NCBI RefSeq assembly: GCF_001194135.2
Contig: NC_068995.1
Coordinates: forward strand, 43,330,269 to 43,388,624
Source: Octopus bimaculoides
Taxonomy: Eukaryota
Direction: 5' to 3'
DNA: 58,356 nt
In this document: positions 25,232-38,108 of the stretch, piece by piece
Layout: each line of letters starts with the position of its first letter
Position numbering within the stretch: position 1 is the stretch's first letter
Program-made: the position numbers and the translations under genes
Notes under the pieces: generated by a model
The model's input: only the letters and a program-made list of their open reading frames with translations
What the model was told of the DNA's origin: nothing
Database searches by the model: none

Positions 25232-28069
25232 GTATGTATGTATTGTATATCCATACATTTTCCCCTGATAGACGGTGAGATGTTCTGTAGTTGTTGATGC
25301 TAATGAATACGTTCGTCTTGTTGGCCTTATAATAATTACATATAAGAAATAATATACCCGCAAAACAATATTAAGTTTCTATTTTTATGAAATAAGACGG
25401 AATGAAGATAATTACTGTTTAGAATAAATCATGATAACATCAGACAAACAATAAATCAATCAGATAAGAATTGGCCTTCTATCGAATATTATACATTTGT
25501 TATTGCATTTTGGTTCTATTTATTGATCATCGAGTGAAGATTTCTTTGAATAATTAATTTTACAGAAATTGTTATGCTATAAACATATTCCTTCGGTTTT
25601 GTTTATTTTCTCATTATTTCTCTTTAAATCTTCACTTCACATCTTTTTGCCTTCATATTTGCTTGATACATTCATCACCATCTTGGTAGTTGACCAGGCG
25701 CTGGAACATAAAGTGACGCTATAGCCAATACTTTATCATAGGTGCATATTCGATTATAATTCTTGCAAAGCAAGACAGAAGCTGTTCCAGGTAATACGAA
25801 ATAATGGCTGATGCTGGCTGGTTTAGATAATTTTTGGACTTTATAGAGCTTGTTAATCCATATCGTGTATACAGCATACTTATGTATTTATTGATCTAAC
25901 CGTTTGAACTGTTCCTTTACAGAATATATTCTCCGTCAGGAAATGTGTTTAATGTTGCCATTAAAAAAATTACTGTCACTAAAAGCGAAATTGCTATTAG
26001 TTGCCTGTGTTTCTTGCCTCTTCTGAAACAACTCTACACATATAGAGTAATCATCATAGGATGACGACAATTGTTGCCCGCAGATAAGGATAACGTGCAT
26101 TTTGCTCTATTGCATGCTAAAAACTCAATTCCAGAATGTAGAACACGTAAAAATGCCTGCTTGATTGAAAGTTAAGGCTCATATTTTTCCAGATGTATTG
26201 CTGTAGGCATGCGTTTCTTTGTTAATGATAGAAACTAATGTTACATGTTAATGTGCTTACCAATGTACATTATTTCCGAACAAAATTTACAGATTTACTG
26301 ATTTACGAATGGACGACAAAAAATGAATACACCAACCCCCAATACGACTGCATCACAAGATTTTGTCCATAAGGTCTTTTGAGGGTCTATTGGATATCCT
26401 ACCATTTTTACAAGTCATAAATATGTTATTATTCTCATTAGCAGATCCTCAATGTGATCGACAGGCCCAGAAACACTAATATTTGCAGCATAGATTACTC
26501 GTGTTATTTTGTTTTACGAGATTCAACCGAAGTCAAAGACTTGCTTTTGTTTAATAATGCTAAGACAAATACTGCTATCACTATAAAATTTCTTGAAAAT
26601 GATGACTACGTTTTGTTATTTTTCCATATTGTTCTTTTTACCTCCTATAGAGTCAATCTTCACTGGTGTCTCCGGTCCGTAACATACTATGCATGTATGA
26701 ATATTTAAATTTTCTGTGTGTTTGCTTCAATGACAAAGAGCCAATCAATTTATATTCATGCCAGTAGCACTATAGGAAAATATATGATGAACTGGAATAA
26801 CAACAGGAATGCTGCACATTAGAGACAGTCTAATAAATGACATGAGAGTATGAAAAACACACACTTAGGTATCCATAACCAAAACTAGGTCTAGCGAAGA
26901 TCCAGATTATGCAGAACATGACACTACAATGGACTACAAATATATTACAGAGTGTACGAGAACTAAAACACATACAAACCGTACAACATTTGCGACTGTC
27001 GAGAATTACACATATATTGTGTAGAGTACTTTCTATATCTATGAAATATATTACATTGACAGCAGACACTGTAAATACCGAAGACACAGAGAACTGCACT
27101 TTATTTGTGCACTCAGAGGATAAAATATAAATTCAGAATATTATAAAAAGACAAACAACAACAATCATGGGTATTGAAATAAATAACTAACAATATAAGT
27201 TAGTAGTAAGCAAGAAATAAAATGCGAGACCATTCTTTGGTCACTACTGCAGAGAGTAGAAAGATTATTGCACAGTATATGATAAATGTTCAAGGGATAT
27301 CGGATAAACGGATTTCTAGAGATGGGAAGTATTGCAAAGCTTTTAATTGTAGTTCTATTTTGCCATGGGTGGCCTTGGCATAGCTACACGTACAATACCA
27401 AGAAACGCGGGAAATTATCAAACCAATGCAAATCATATTATATACCGGTGCCTTCGTAGTGAATAAAATTATAGCAATGACTCTTGACAAATTTCATTAC
27501 CCAACCAGAATCAAATGACATAACGGGGTATCATATATGCAGTCCGTCCATCAACCGGTTAAAGACAGCTTTAATGTAGATGGATTAATCCAATTATACC
27601 TAGAAACAATAGCCGGGATTTTCGTCGCTGAATCAACTTTGGTTATAGCTCTAGTCGAGTTAAAAAGAAAACGATGACTAGAGCCATCGCTGCAATCGAA
27701 TTATGACACTTCTCAGGTCATGGCAGTTTTGTATATTTTTACTTTATGGTGATGATAAATAAATATCATTATCTTCACCACTTCACAATATCATTTATTT
27801 CTACCTCAGATGGCATCCCATAAATGCGATGTCCTTTAATTGCCAACTCTTCTCTACTCCGGCTATGATATGTCTGAAATCATTTCCTCCCGTTATTTCA
27901 TCTAAAGTTTAATTTCAAATACCAGCTGCCGTTACTAAATTTACATTCTGACAGCCGCGGTAATTGCATCAAAATGGTCGTCGACTGCAGCTACATGTGT
28001 GTATGTATATGTGTGGGGGAGGAGTGGTGAGTGTGTGTATGTATTTATGTGTGTGTATATATATATACG

Positions 28070-28102
<33 letters not shown>

Positions 28103-29576
28103 NNNNNNNNNNNNNNNNNNNNNNNNNNNNNNNNNNNNNNNNNNNNNNNNNNNNNNNNNNNNNNNNNNNNNNNNNNNNNNNNNNNNNNNNNNNNNNNNNN
28201 NNNNNNNNNNNNNNNNNNNNNNNNNNNNNNNNNNNNNNNNNNNNNNNNNNNNNNNNNNNNNNNNNNNNNNNNNNNNNNNNNNNNNNNNNNNNNNNNNNNN
28301 NNNNNNNNNNNNNNNNNNNNNNNNNNNNNNNNNNNNNNNNNNNNNNNNNNNNNNNNNNNNNNNNNNNNNNNNNNNNNNNNNNNNNNNNNNNNNNNNNNNN
28401 NNNNNNNNNNNNNNNNNNNNNNNNNNNNNNNNNNNNNNNNNNNNNNNNNNNNNNNNNNNNNNNNNNNNNNNNNNNNNNNNNNNNNNNNNNNNNNNNNNNN
28501 NNNNNNNNNNNNNNNNNNNNNNNNNATATATATAATTATTAACAGAAGCCATAATAATACAGCGACTATTCTTCCCAAGTTAAACGAGGGTGTTCTGCTA
28601 GAATAAACGATACTACGGTTGTTACGAAGAGAGAACATCGGATATTCGCTGTTAATACAAAATATGGTCTTGTTTATAGCGTTAACTCTGCGACTAATAC
28701 ACGCTCCCACCGGCGCCGAGGCCAGTGTTTCATGTGACTTCGACATTACTTGTTAAATATAGCAGCCATGTATGCAATTATAGTACCAGAACAAATGCTA
28801 GTATCGCTATGAGAAAGTGGGCTTGTTAAAATCAATCGTCCGCCATTGACAAGGCCGATGCAGGTCGAAATCACGTTGTCTGGTAGACGCGGCTCTGAAG
28901 GCGGTGGGGCTATATCTCCCTGATATCAATATAAACCAGAGTGCAATTTGCACCAAGAGCCAATATGAGAGGTTCTCTCACGGTATAAAGCCACATTGTA
29001 TTGTGTTCTAATAGAACATCCACGTTTAAGAGGGGATAAATAATTATGTATGTATATACATACCTATTTGTGTTCGTAGTTTAATAATACTACATATGCG
29101 TCTGCTTGTTTGTGTGTGTGTGTCTGTCTGTCTGTCTGTGTATGTTTGTACGTGCGTGCTAAAGTCAAAGTAGGTTTATTGTTGTATGTTGAATAATTCA
29201 CGGTTGAATAATTACGTCATTACTTTATAAATTATGAGGAACGCCATTAAATATTTCCGGATGACAACCAAAATATGATGAAATTAAACTCAGTTTCGTT
29301 GCTTTCTTCTTTCCTTTCAATGAGACTATTTTACCTCTGGAAGTTGGTTATGAACACGATTCTAGATCTTATAAAGCACCCAACTCAGATTCTCTATTAC
29401 TGGAATAAATACATTTATAATCAGAAACTGTTTCCTTTGCCAACAGACGTAATATTTTGTCCCAGACGTGATTCTCAGCCACACGTTTTCATAAACAAGC
29501 AGTAATATAATACTTTCCAAACATGACTGCTCATTTCTGAATAGTATTTCTGAATATATATATATGTGTGTGTGTA

Positions 29577-29616
<40 letters not shown>

Positions 29617-30146
29617 CATGTATATATGTATGTATCAGTATGTATATACATGTATATATACATATATGTATGTATATATATATACATATATATATATGTA
29701 TATATTATATATATATATATATATATGTATATATANNNNNNNNNNNNNNNNNNNNNNNNNNNNNNNNNNNNNNNNNNNNNNNNNNNNNNNNNNNNNNNNN
29801 NNNNNNNNNNNNNNNNNNNNNNNNNNNNNNNNNNNNNNNNNNNNNNNNNNNNNNNNNNNNNNNNNNNNNNNNNNNNNNNNNNNNNNNNNNNNNNNNNNNN
29901 NNNNNNNNNNNNNNNNNNNNNNNNNNNNNNNNNNNNNNNNNNNNNNNNNNNNNNNNNNNNNNNNNNNNNNNNNNNNNNNNNNNNNNNNNNNNNNNNNNNN
30001 NNNNNNNNNNNNNNNNNNNNNNNNNNNNNNNNNNNNNNNNNNNNNNNNNNNNNNNNNNNNNNNNNNNNNNNNNNNNNNNNNNNNNNNNNNNNNNNNNNNN
30101 NNNNNNNNNNNNNNNNNNNNNATATATATATATATATATATATATA

Positions 30147-30751
30147 CAGTGTGTTCAAATCGTCTCTCCGCAGTAAGTGTTTTATTGCAAACTACATATT
30201 TATAAGATGATATAAGACTACAAAAGAATATATTAGACTTCACAAGAGTTTTAAAAAATTTGGGAGAGATGTTAAAAGTATCGTTCTTCATTTTCCATAC
30301 TTAAGTTGACTCTTCCATACATGTTTTGAAATACATCTTGGAGTGTCTGACGCGGTATGGACCGTGTGAATATTATGATTGCGCCTTTTAGCTGCATTAA
30401 TGATTCTCAGGCGATTCTTGTACACTAATCCTTTACTTGCACCCCAGAAAAAAATGTATGACGCTGTTAAATCAGGTGATCTTGGTGGCCAACGTCCCTT
30501 TGAAATAATCCGTTCGCCGAAAAACACTTGAAGTAGCGCCATGGCGATGCGCGAAGTACGTATTGTAGCTCCATCTTGCTGAAATTATGCATTCTTAATT
30601 TCACTTTCAATGAGTCGACCTATAAATGGATAGACAATATTTGAGCAATATCTCTCGGTGTTGATGGTGTCTTCAAAACATATTGGTTCTAAAATTCGCT
30701 TTCTCAAAATTGCTCCAAATATCACTGCGGAGAAACGTTTTGAACACCCTG
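30147..30751 (-). mobile_element. Internally deleted Tc1/mariner element (~605 bp) with 28-bp TIRs
   Basis: TIRs are cagtgtgttcaaatcgtctctccgcagt and rc cagggtgttcaaaacgtttctccgcagt (3 mismatches). The minus frame reads FQQDGATIRTSRIAMALLQVFFGERIISKGRWPPRSPDLTASYIFFWGASKGLVY. Confidence 0.9.
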
Positions 30752-30760
30752 TGTGTGTGC

Positions 30761-30798
<38 letters not shown>

Positions 30799-31237
30799 NN
30801 NNNNNNNNNNNNNNNNNNNNNNNNNNNNNNNNNNNNNNNNNNNNNNNNNNNNNNNNNNNNNNNNNNNNNNNNNNNNNNNNNNNNNNNNNNNNNNNNNNNN
30901 NNNNNNNNNNNNNNNNNNNNNNNNNNNNNNNNNNNNNNNNNNNNNNNNNNNNNNNNNNNNNNNNNNNNNNNNNNNNNNNNNNNNNNNNNNNNNNNNNNNN
31001 NNNNNNNNNNNNNNNNNNNNNNNNNNNNNNNNNNNNNNNNNNNNNNNNNNNNNNNNNNNNNNNNNNNNNNNNNNNNNNNNNNNNNNNNNNNNNNNNNNNN
31101 NNNNNNNNNNNNNNNNNNNNNNNNNNNNNNNNNNNNNNNNNNNNNNNNNNNNNNNNNNNNNNNNNNNNNNNNNNNNNNNNNNNNNNNNNNNNNNNNNNNN
31201 NNNNNNNNNNNNNNNNNNNNNNNNNNNNNNNNNNNNN

Positions 31238-31278
<41 letters not shown>

Positions 31279-32327
31279 TATATGCGCGGTGATACATTCG
31301 ATTAACAGTTCTTAAGGACGGTGCTCCAGCATGGCTGCAGGTCAATAACCTAAGCAAATGTAATATAAAGGTGAAATACATTGTGCAGAATGCTTACTGT
31401 CCAGGATCAGTTTTCTTTATTACTGAATGCTGGAGGTGTTTCAAAAATCTTGTGGGACATTCAAAGAAGGTCTAAATACGCACCGAGCTTACTGAAATAG
31501 ATACAAGGTGGGATTAAATAGTAACCTCACTAATCATTAAATTCGTGTAGTATTATTTTTAAATGTCCATTAAATATGAAGATTCTTTTCATTGAAAGGA
31601 GTGAAACTCCAATCAATAGATATTTCCTAAAATAAACAGACTTAGTTCAAAACTAATTCCATAAATGTATGTTCTATATAATTATTGGCTTATTGCTGAA
31701 AGGACTACGATTTGGAGTTACTTTGAATTCAATCCATTTTCGTTGCCACGTAATCACATTGTACAAATCCGTTTTGACATTGCTAGATAATCTGATAGTG
31801 TTAGATTTGACAACAAATAACTTTATTGTCATAACAAATGGAACGGAAATAAAATGTTCATGATTAAGTTTACTAGTTTCGAAAACAAGATATAGAAATG
31901 ATTTAAATAATGTTACTACGTTATTGCTCAAGTTAGAAATAACGAGACGGTCTAATACAAGATAAATCAAATGTGTGTGTATATATATATATATATATAA
32001 ATGTGTTTGTGTGTGTGTGTGTGTCTGTGTGTAAATATAATATGAAACAATTATTCGGTGGCCATAATAAACCTCCGAGTATCGGATGTCGGGGCAGAAA
32101 CCCACGCCGGTATCTCTTCAGTTATCAGGCCATCGAAAAAAATGCTATGAAAATGACCGTTAAACAGAGAGAAATTATTGTGTGATTGACCGTTATTAAG
32201 ACAATTAGAGCTATTAGAATCACCGCTATGTAAGGGGAGCGAGTAAAGGTAAGGGAGTAAAAATGTCCATAGGAATCGCGTAAGCGCGCATGTCCATACA
32301 AACACATGCTTTTTTCCGTTATAACAT

Positions 32328-33060
32328 TCAGGAAAATATATTTCTTTTAATGAAATTTTATATAAATACCTTTCAAACGGTATAAATTACGATTATAAAA
32401 AAAATTGTACTGGAACCTTTTCTGATAGGGTGGGGAGAAAAGTTTCGAAAACAGGATTTTGGGATCAGAAAAAGCAATTAAGTTGGAACTACCTCATTTT
32501 GACGGAGATTTCTCTCAACTTTTATTTCACCACAGCCTTCAAAACGATGGCGGAGACATCTTTTTTGCAAAATAGATTTTGAAACTTTTGAAAATTCTTC
32601 ACCATCCCAGTCTGGACAGATTTTAACCAATTTCTTTTAATTTTGAAAACGATCAGAGGAGTCTTTCGGTAAAAAAAAAAAAAAAACGTAGATATTTTCA
32701 GAAGAAAAGGTGTACGCTTCAATGGAGATTTGGCTATTGTTTTAGCACATTCCAAACCAATTTCCGTTTTCACTCTCTCATGTATCAATGAGTGGGATGA
32801 TGAATTAGGGGTTTCAAAACATTCTTTTAACTATTTTTTCATAAAACGATCTTCCCTGCCCACATGATTTCCAAGTCTGTGGTTTAAAACAAAAACGGAA
32901 AAATCCCCATCAAGACGGAGTAGTACTGACTTCTTTGGGCTTCCTGATCCGAAAGTTCGTTTTTCGAAACTTCTTTCCCCACAAATTTCTTTATAATCGT
33001 AATCTATAATGTTTGGAAGGTATTTATACAAAATTTCGTTAAATGATATCCATTTCTAGA
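32328..33060. mobile_element. Foldback/MITE-like element with ~185 bp imperfect terminal inverted repeats
   Basis: The left arm (about 32328-32515) ..gaaatttttatataaatacctttcaaac..tacgattataaa..ggggagaaaagtttcgaaaac..ggatcag..actacctcattttgacggagattt matches the rc of the right arm (about 32898-33060). No coding signal was seen between them. Confidence 0.7.
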
Positions 33061-33670
33061 AGTTGAGGCATCAAAGCTGGAAAGGTTACACATCTGTAGT
33101 CATGCCAGTCTAGTTTGTGCGTTTTCTTGAGTGAGTGCTTATCTGTAATTTAATACAGCCAAACCAGCGCACAACGCGAAAATACTCTCAAAGTAATATA
33201 CGCCTGAAAGAAGAATACAAACGGAATAAAACCAATTGCGCGTAAATCGGACAACGGATTCCAGAGATAGGCGTGTTTGCGGTACCTTCATAAATAGCCA
33301 AAACGGTGCATAATGAGAAAATACTCCGGAAGTAACGTGACCCTGAAATGGAGGCATTTTACTATTAATTTTATGTTTACTTTATATAACAATTCCGTTT
33401 CCATTTTGTCGGAACTGTGCTCATATACCATAAATGCTGTTACTGGCGTTCATCCCGGAAATTTTATTTCTATTAGATGCTGTAAATAAACAATAAAATC
33501 TTAAACATGATCCTGTAGGTCAGACCTGTGATGACACGAGCAAATTGAAATATTTCACTGAATCATCACTAAAATAACTTTTATTTCAATGTAGTGCTGA
33601 AATCAGCTTCAACGCTTTATAACCTGAACCATCAGTGACCCAACGGCTGCAGTGTAGTCTAGTATATATG

Positions 33671-33876
33671 TACTTTATTAAGAAAGCTGCAAAAATCTCA
33701 CACAAATTGTTACTCAGCGTTTCACGTTCCCGTTCGTCGGACAGTTTTGGGTGATGAAACTCAGTATAACAATTTTTGTGATATCTTCGCAGGTTTATTA
33801 ATAAAGCATACTATTCTACCTCCGGTACTCGAGTACTATCTTCTCCACTTTGTTTCGCATTTATGTGCTTATTCTA

Positions 33877-33880
<4 letters not shown>
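33671..33880. mobile_element. Penelope-like terminal repeat in inverted arrangement
   Basis: Arms 33671-33723 (rc gaaacgctgagtaacaatttgtgtgagatttttgcagctttcttaataaagta) and 33756-33809 (gaaactcagtataacaatttttgtgatatcttcgcaggtttattaataaagca) are inverted copies. The left arm carries a hammerhead motif. The Penelope assignment is inferred from the inverted pseudo-LTR plus hammerhead architecture. Confidence 0.6.
33704..33748 (-). ncRNA. Minimal type I hammerhead ribozyme motif
   Basis: RNA AAAACUGU-CCGACGA-ACG GGAA CGU-GAAA-C GCUGA GUA-ACAAUUU. The core matches CUGANGA except U4C, stem II is 3 bp, GAAA is present, stem III is short, the triplet is GUA, and stem I pairs UGU/ACA plus AAA/UUU. 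Confidence 0.6.
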
Positions 33881-33929
<49 letters not shown>

Positions 33930-35637
33930 TTTATTTGAACTAAACATAGTTAAAGGAATAGGTATCACAAATCGTCAGAAATATTACCGCCTATGGTAAC
34001 TGTAATTCACTGTTGGTTTATAATATATAAGTGTGTGCTCGGGCGTCTGTTCTTTGTTTGCGCGCGCGCGCGCGTGTGTGCTTATTATCTTTTCTTAAAT
34101 TATATGCCTGCCTATTTTTAAATTTATGTTCGCCTATTTTTAAATTTATCCAATGTTTTCTAGGGCATATTTCATTCGATTAATTTGATCTTTGATCCCC
34201 ATTCAATATGTTATTCATGGATAGTTATAGTCTATAAGCTTCGGAGATAAGAATATGACCACCTTTCGATCGATGCTGTAAGAATCGGTAGCCATGTTTA
34301 TATATCTTCTATAATGCTTACATATATCCTTTGGCACTGTGTTGACAGAGATCTCCGTTTACAGGCGCCTGGTATTTAAAATAAAATGTTAACGATATAC
34401 AAATTAGTAGCCCCAGTTTTCCATAGCTATTATAATTCTCTAACATATGAATATATTCGCTGCCAGTTTGTCTGGTATTGATGAGCATCAAATAATATTC
34501 AAAAATTCATTAATATAGCTCATTTTTTCCAATCTAAGTAGAACCAGTTAAATTAGCCGAGTTCATTTATGTACATACTATACAGGTTACACATACATGA
34601 GTATTGTAAATATAAAAAAAGTGGTAGGGGGAGATTAACCTGGGATATTATAATCTTTCGCTTTTAACTAGCTATGGATAACGTAGCGTTGTTTAGTCAC
34701 AGGTCAGCCCAGATAAGAATATATCTGATCTAAAAAACTCAGCATTAACCATCGTATATTTGTGAGACTAAATGTATTAAAGATTTCGTTCTAACGTCTC
34801 TGTCTATAACATGTTGAATTTTAACTTGACAATCACTAATGATTTACTGGTCAATTTCTTGTATTGAACGTATTTGTATAAGTATTCCTAAGTGTTTTTG
34901 CTTCGGTGTGCGTATCTAGTGATGACACCTGGTGTTTCTAAACATGATGATGTATCATGTTTACCGCCAAAAAAAAAAAATGTCTAACATTGAAGACATA
35001 TTTCTATACGCGGAGTTTGAATGATTATATTGCATCTATTATTCCGGCTGTAACTAAGAATCTCTTAAAGATATGGAAAGACGTTATACGGAGCTCTTGG
35101 TAATATCACATAGAAAAAGCAGACAGCATTGTTAATCTCCATCCACTGTCCATCGACATTTTTGCTACCGTAGTGACTTTACTGCTTAGAGTATGGGGTT
35201 AACAATCGTAATCTTGAAGGCTCAGTTTCCTCACCAGGCGGCTAATGCTCTCTTTCATAAATGTACTTCATCTAACATTGTTTCAGTTACTCCGCTGTAG
35301 ACGCGTAACAGCTGACTACTGATGCAGCCCTCTCTACTGCCATGTCACATATTCGACGTTCTGCTGCATTAGCAGTAGGAGTGCTGAGTGGGGTTCTTAT
35401 GCTTACTCGCGGCTACTAGGCGTTTAGAAGAATTAATGAAAACGTGGTTCAAACTAACTGTTTACGTACACTTGCGAGCTGCGGCTAAGTTAATTATTGC
35501 ATGGCTTTCTAATTCATGGAGGTCAGTAGTGTTTTTGCCATCCATACTGAACTTTTACCACATATATGATGTACAGTTAGCGTTGATTGTCCTTCATGCA
35601 TCTAAAATAATAATGTTTATATTTTACCGGCAGATAG

Positions 35638-35666
35638 TTTCTAATTTGTTTTCTTCTCTTCAACAG
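35638..35666 (+). promoter_or_regulatory. 3' splice site of the intron preceding the GPCR last exon
   Basis: Branch-point-like CTAAT at 35641-35645, pyrimidine tract ttgttttcttctctt, then CAACAG. Receptor homology begins exactly after the AG. Confidence 0.8.
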
Positions 35667-36068
35667 ATGGTGAAAATGATGATTGCCATGGTAGTAATAT
35701 ACGCCCTATCCTGGCTGCCGTTACATGCCATCACACTAATTGGTGATCAATATCCTGATATCTACTCTGAAGATTACATGAACATCGTTTGGATTGCGGC
35801 TCATTGGACAGCAATGAGTCATAGCTGTTACAACCCGATCGTCTATTTCAGTATGAATTCGAAATTTCGTGCTGGTTTCCTGCGGATTTTCAAGTGTTGC
35901 CCAAGGATGAAACAAGAGCAGCTGATTAACGAAAGCTCTAAGAGCTATTACCACGGAACAACTTGTAACACATCGGTGAATATGACTAGTACTCCCCACA
36001 AAAGAAACGTCATCACTAATTATTATGATAGAAACAATCATGAAAATATAGAAAGCTCCGTTGTTTAA
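35667..36068 (+). CDS. Terminal coding exon of a class A neuropeptide GPCR, RYamide/luqin receptor-like (TM6-TM7-helix 8-C-tail)
   Basis: After a clean acceptor (ttttcttctcttcaacag|ATG GTG AAA) it reads MVKMMIAMVVIYALSWLPLHAITLIG...WIAAHWTAMSHSCYNPIVYFSMNSKFRAGFLRIFKCCP...SSVV*. It shows the TM6 WLP motif, TM7 NPxxY, helix-8 FRxGF, a CC palmitoylation-like site and a Ser/Thr-rich tail. MVKMM...WLP and HWxAMSHxCYNPIxY closely match RYamide/luqin-type receptors as I recall them; tachykinin/NPY-like relatives are not excluded. Confidence 0.9.
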   Translation: MVKMMIAMVVIYALSWLPLHAITLIGDQYPDIYSEDYMNIVWIAAHWTAMSHSCYNPIVYFSMNSKFRAGFLRIFKCCPRMKQEQLINESSKSYYHGTTCNTSVNMTSTPHKRNVITNYYDRNNHENIESSVV

Positions 36069-36320
36069 TGAGTATCAACAATATTAAATGCTATTTTGTT
36101 CCGTAAATTCTTGGCCTATATTCGTAGTCAGATTGCAATAATTAACTAATTATTTAATAATTTATAACTACTCACCTCATTCATTGTTTGCCAAATTATT
36201 TTTGTAGCTTCAAATCATCATTTCTCTTTTTAATGGGTGTTTTTTGTGTCTTTGTTATTCCTCTATATTTTTATCACTTTTCCTATATTTTTTAGTTCAA
36301 TCATTGTGTAAGTTTAGGAC

Positions 36321-36326
36321 AATAAA
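36321..36326 (+). promoter_or_regulatory. Candidate polyadenylation signal for the GPCR
   Basis: First AATAAA downstream of the stop (about 250 nt). The sequence is AT-rich, so a chance match is plausible. Confidence 0.3.
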
Positions 36327-36478
36327 TTTCAGATAACAGTAACCGGTTGATTAGATTAAGCGAATATAGAATTATGACATAATCAAGGCAGTTTCCAATA
36401 CCAGCACACACATACATAAAGCCATACACATAGAAACATGTGTGTGTGTGTGTGTGTGTGTAGCAGGAGGAGGAGGAA

Positions 36479-36511
<33 letters not shown>

Positions 36512-37650
36512 NNNNNNNNNNNNNNNNNNNNNNNNNNNNNNNNNNNNNNNNNNNNNNNNNNNNNNNNNNNNNNNNNNNNNNNNNNNNNNNNNNNNNNNNN
36601 NNNNNNNNNNNNNNNNNNNNNNNNNNNNNNNNNNNNNNNNNNNNNNNNNNNNNNNNNNNNNNNNNNNNNNNNNNNNNNNNNNNNNNNNNNNNNNNNNNNN
36701 NNNNNTATATGTATATGTATATGTATATGCTTATATATATATGTATATATACTAAGGTTTACAACTACATGGTTACTTGGCTTTTGTTGACTTCATATTT
36801 CATGACCAGATGTTACGATTCCCGTCTCCCAAGCGTATATATATTCGGCTGTGTCTTTTTGTGCATGTGCGTGTGCGCGTGTGTGCACGTTTGCATTTGC
36901 AGCACAAAGTGCTTCCATTCAAGGAATTCACTATGAGCCTACTTATCACACCATTAATTAAATTTGGAATTAATAATATAGGAATTACTAGTAAAACAGC
37001 TACCATATATCTCTGTTTGGACGTAGTCTACGCTGTCTACAAAATGAAAGACGGACTGATATTTGTGGCGACCTGTCTATACGTGTATGAAGTTTGAATT
37101 CTCAAATAGGGCAAATAAATATTATCTACGTATGTTAGATAGTTTGCTCAATTGTTCAAATCAGGGGTTTCTTTCAATCCCAACTCAGAGTTCCTTGTCC
37201 ACTCTCTTTCAAATTATTTACGAGTTTCGAAATGACACAGTACAGATATGTTTCCTGATAGTTGACCCAACATATCTATATAGGCTTTTATCTCCCTATT
37301 GTTGTGTGCAATAATATTCTGCCAGGTTTTTAGCCAAGAAATACTGAACTCCAAGTGCAACTATGAAAATCATCATCTTTTCATAAATTTTCCGTTGCAA
37401 ATAAAATATGAGGTATGCTGACGGACAAGCGGCATCATAGTGACACCATACCTGTAATATCATTCCCTAAAGAAATGGCTACTTAAAATTGTCCAGTCCA
37501 CAGACACTTGCTGCACGTGAAGTAGAATATATAAATATATATGTATAAGGGAGAAAATATTTTCGTGGGGAAACACACGAGGTAGATATATAGAGAGAAA
37601 GAGATATATAAATAGTAATAGAAATACGCACACACCGAAACATGTATACA

Positions 37651-37713
<63 letters not shown>

Positions 37714-37960
37714 GTATATATAATCATAAACGTTCATACATGTATACACAAACAAGCATTCGCATATTTACATTCATATAGAAATGTTTATGTGTATATA
37801 TACATACATATGTGTGTTATGAGTATTCGGCTGTCGATCGTACATAATGTAGTGAGTTCAACTTTCGATGATGCATTGTGTCCTTGAGAAGGACACTTAA
37901 TTTCAGGTTGCTTCAGTTCAACCAGCTACTCTTTGTAATTTATGCATATATGCATACATG

Positions 37961-38007
<47 letters not shown>

Positions 38008-38066
38008 ATGCATACATATATATGTATATATGTATGAATATATATATATATATATACGTATGTACA

Positions 38067-38108
<42 letters not shown>

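Noticed and set aside
32068-32120. GGCAGAAAC-CCACGCC-GGUA resembling the 3' half of a hammerhead
   Set aside because: The CUGANGA core needs three substitutions and stem I does not pair. It is worth rechecking only against a family consensus.
35388-35666. 5' extension of the 226-aa ORF containing the GPCR exon
   Set aside because: It has no receptor homology before MVKMM and contains the branch point and pyrimidine tract. It is an intronic open frame.
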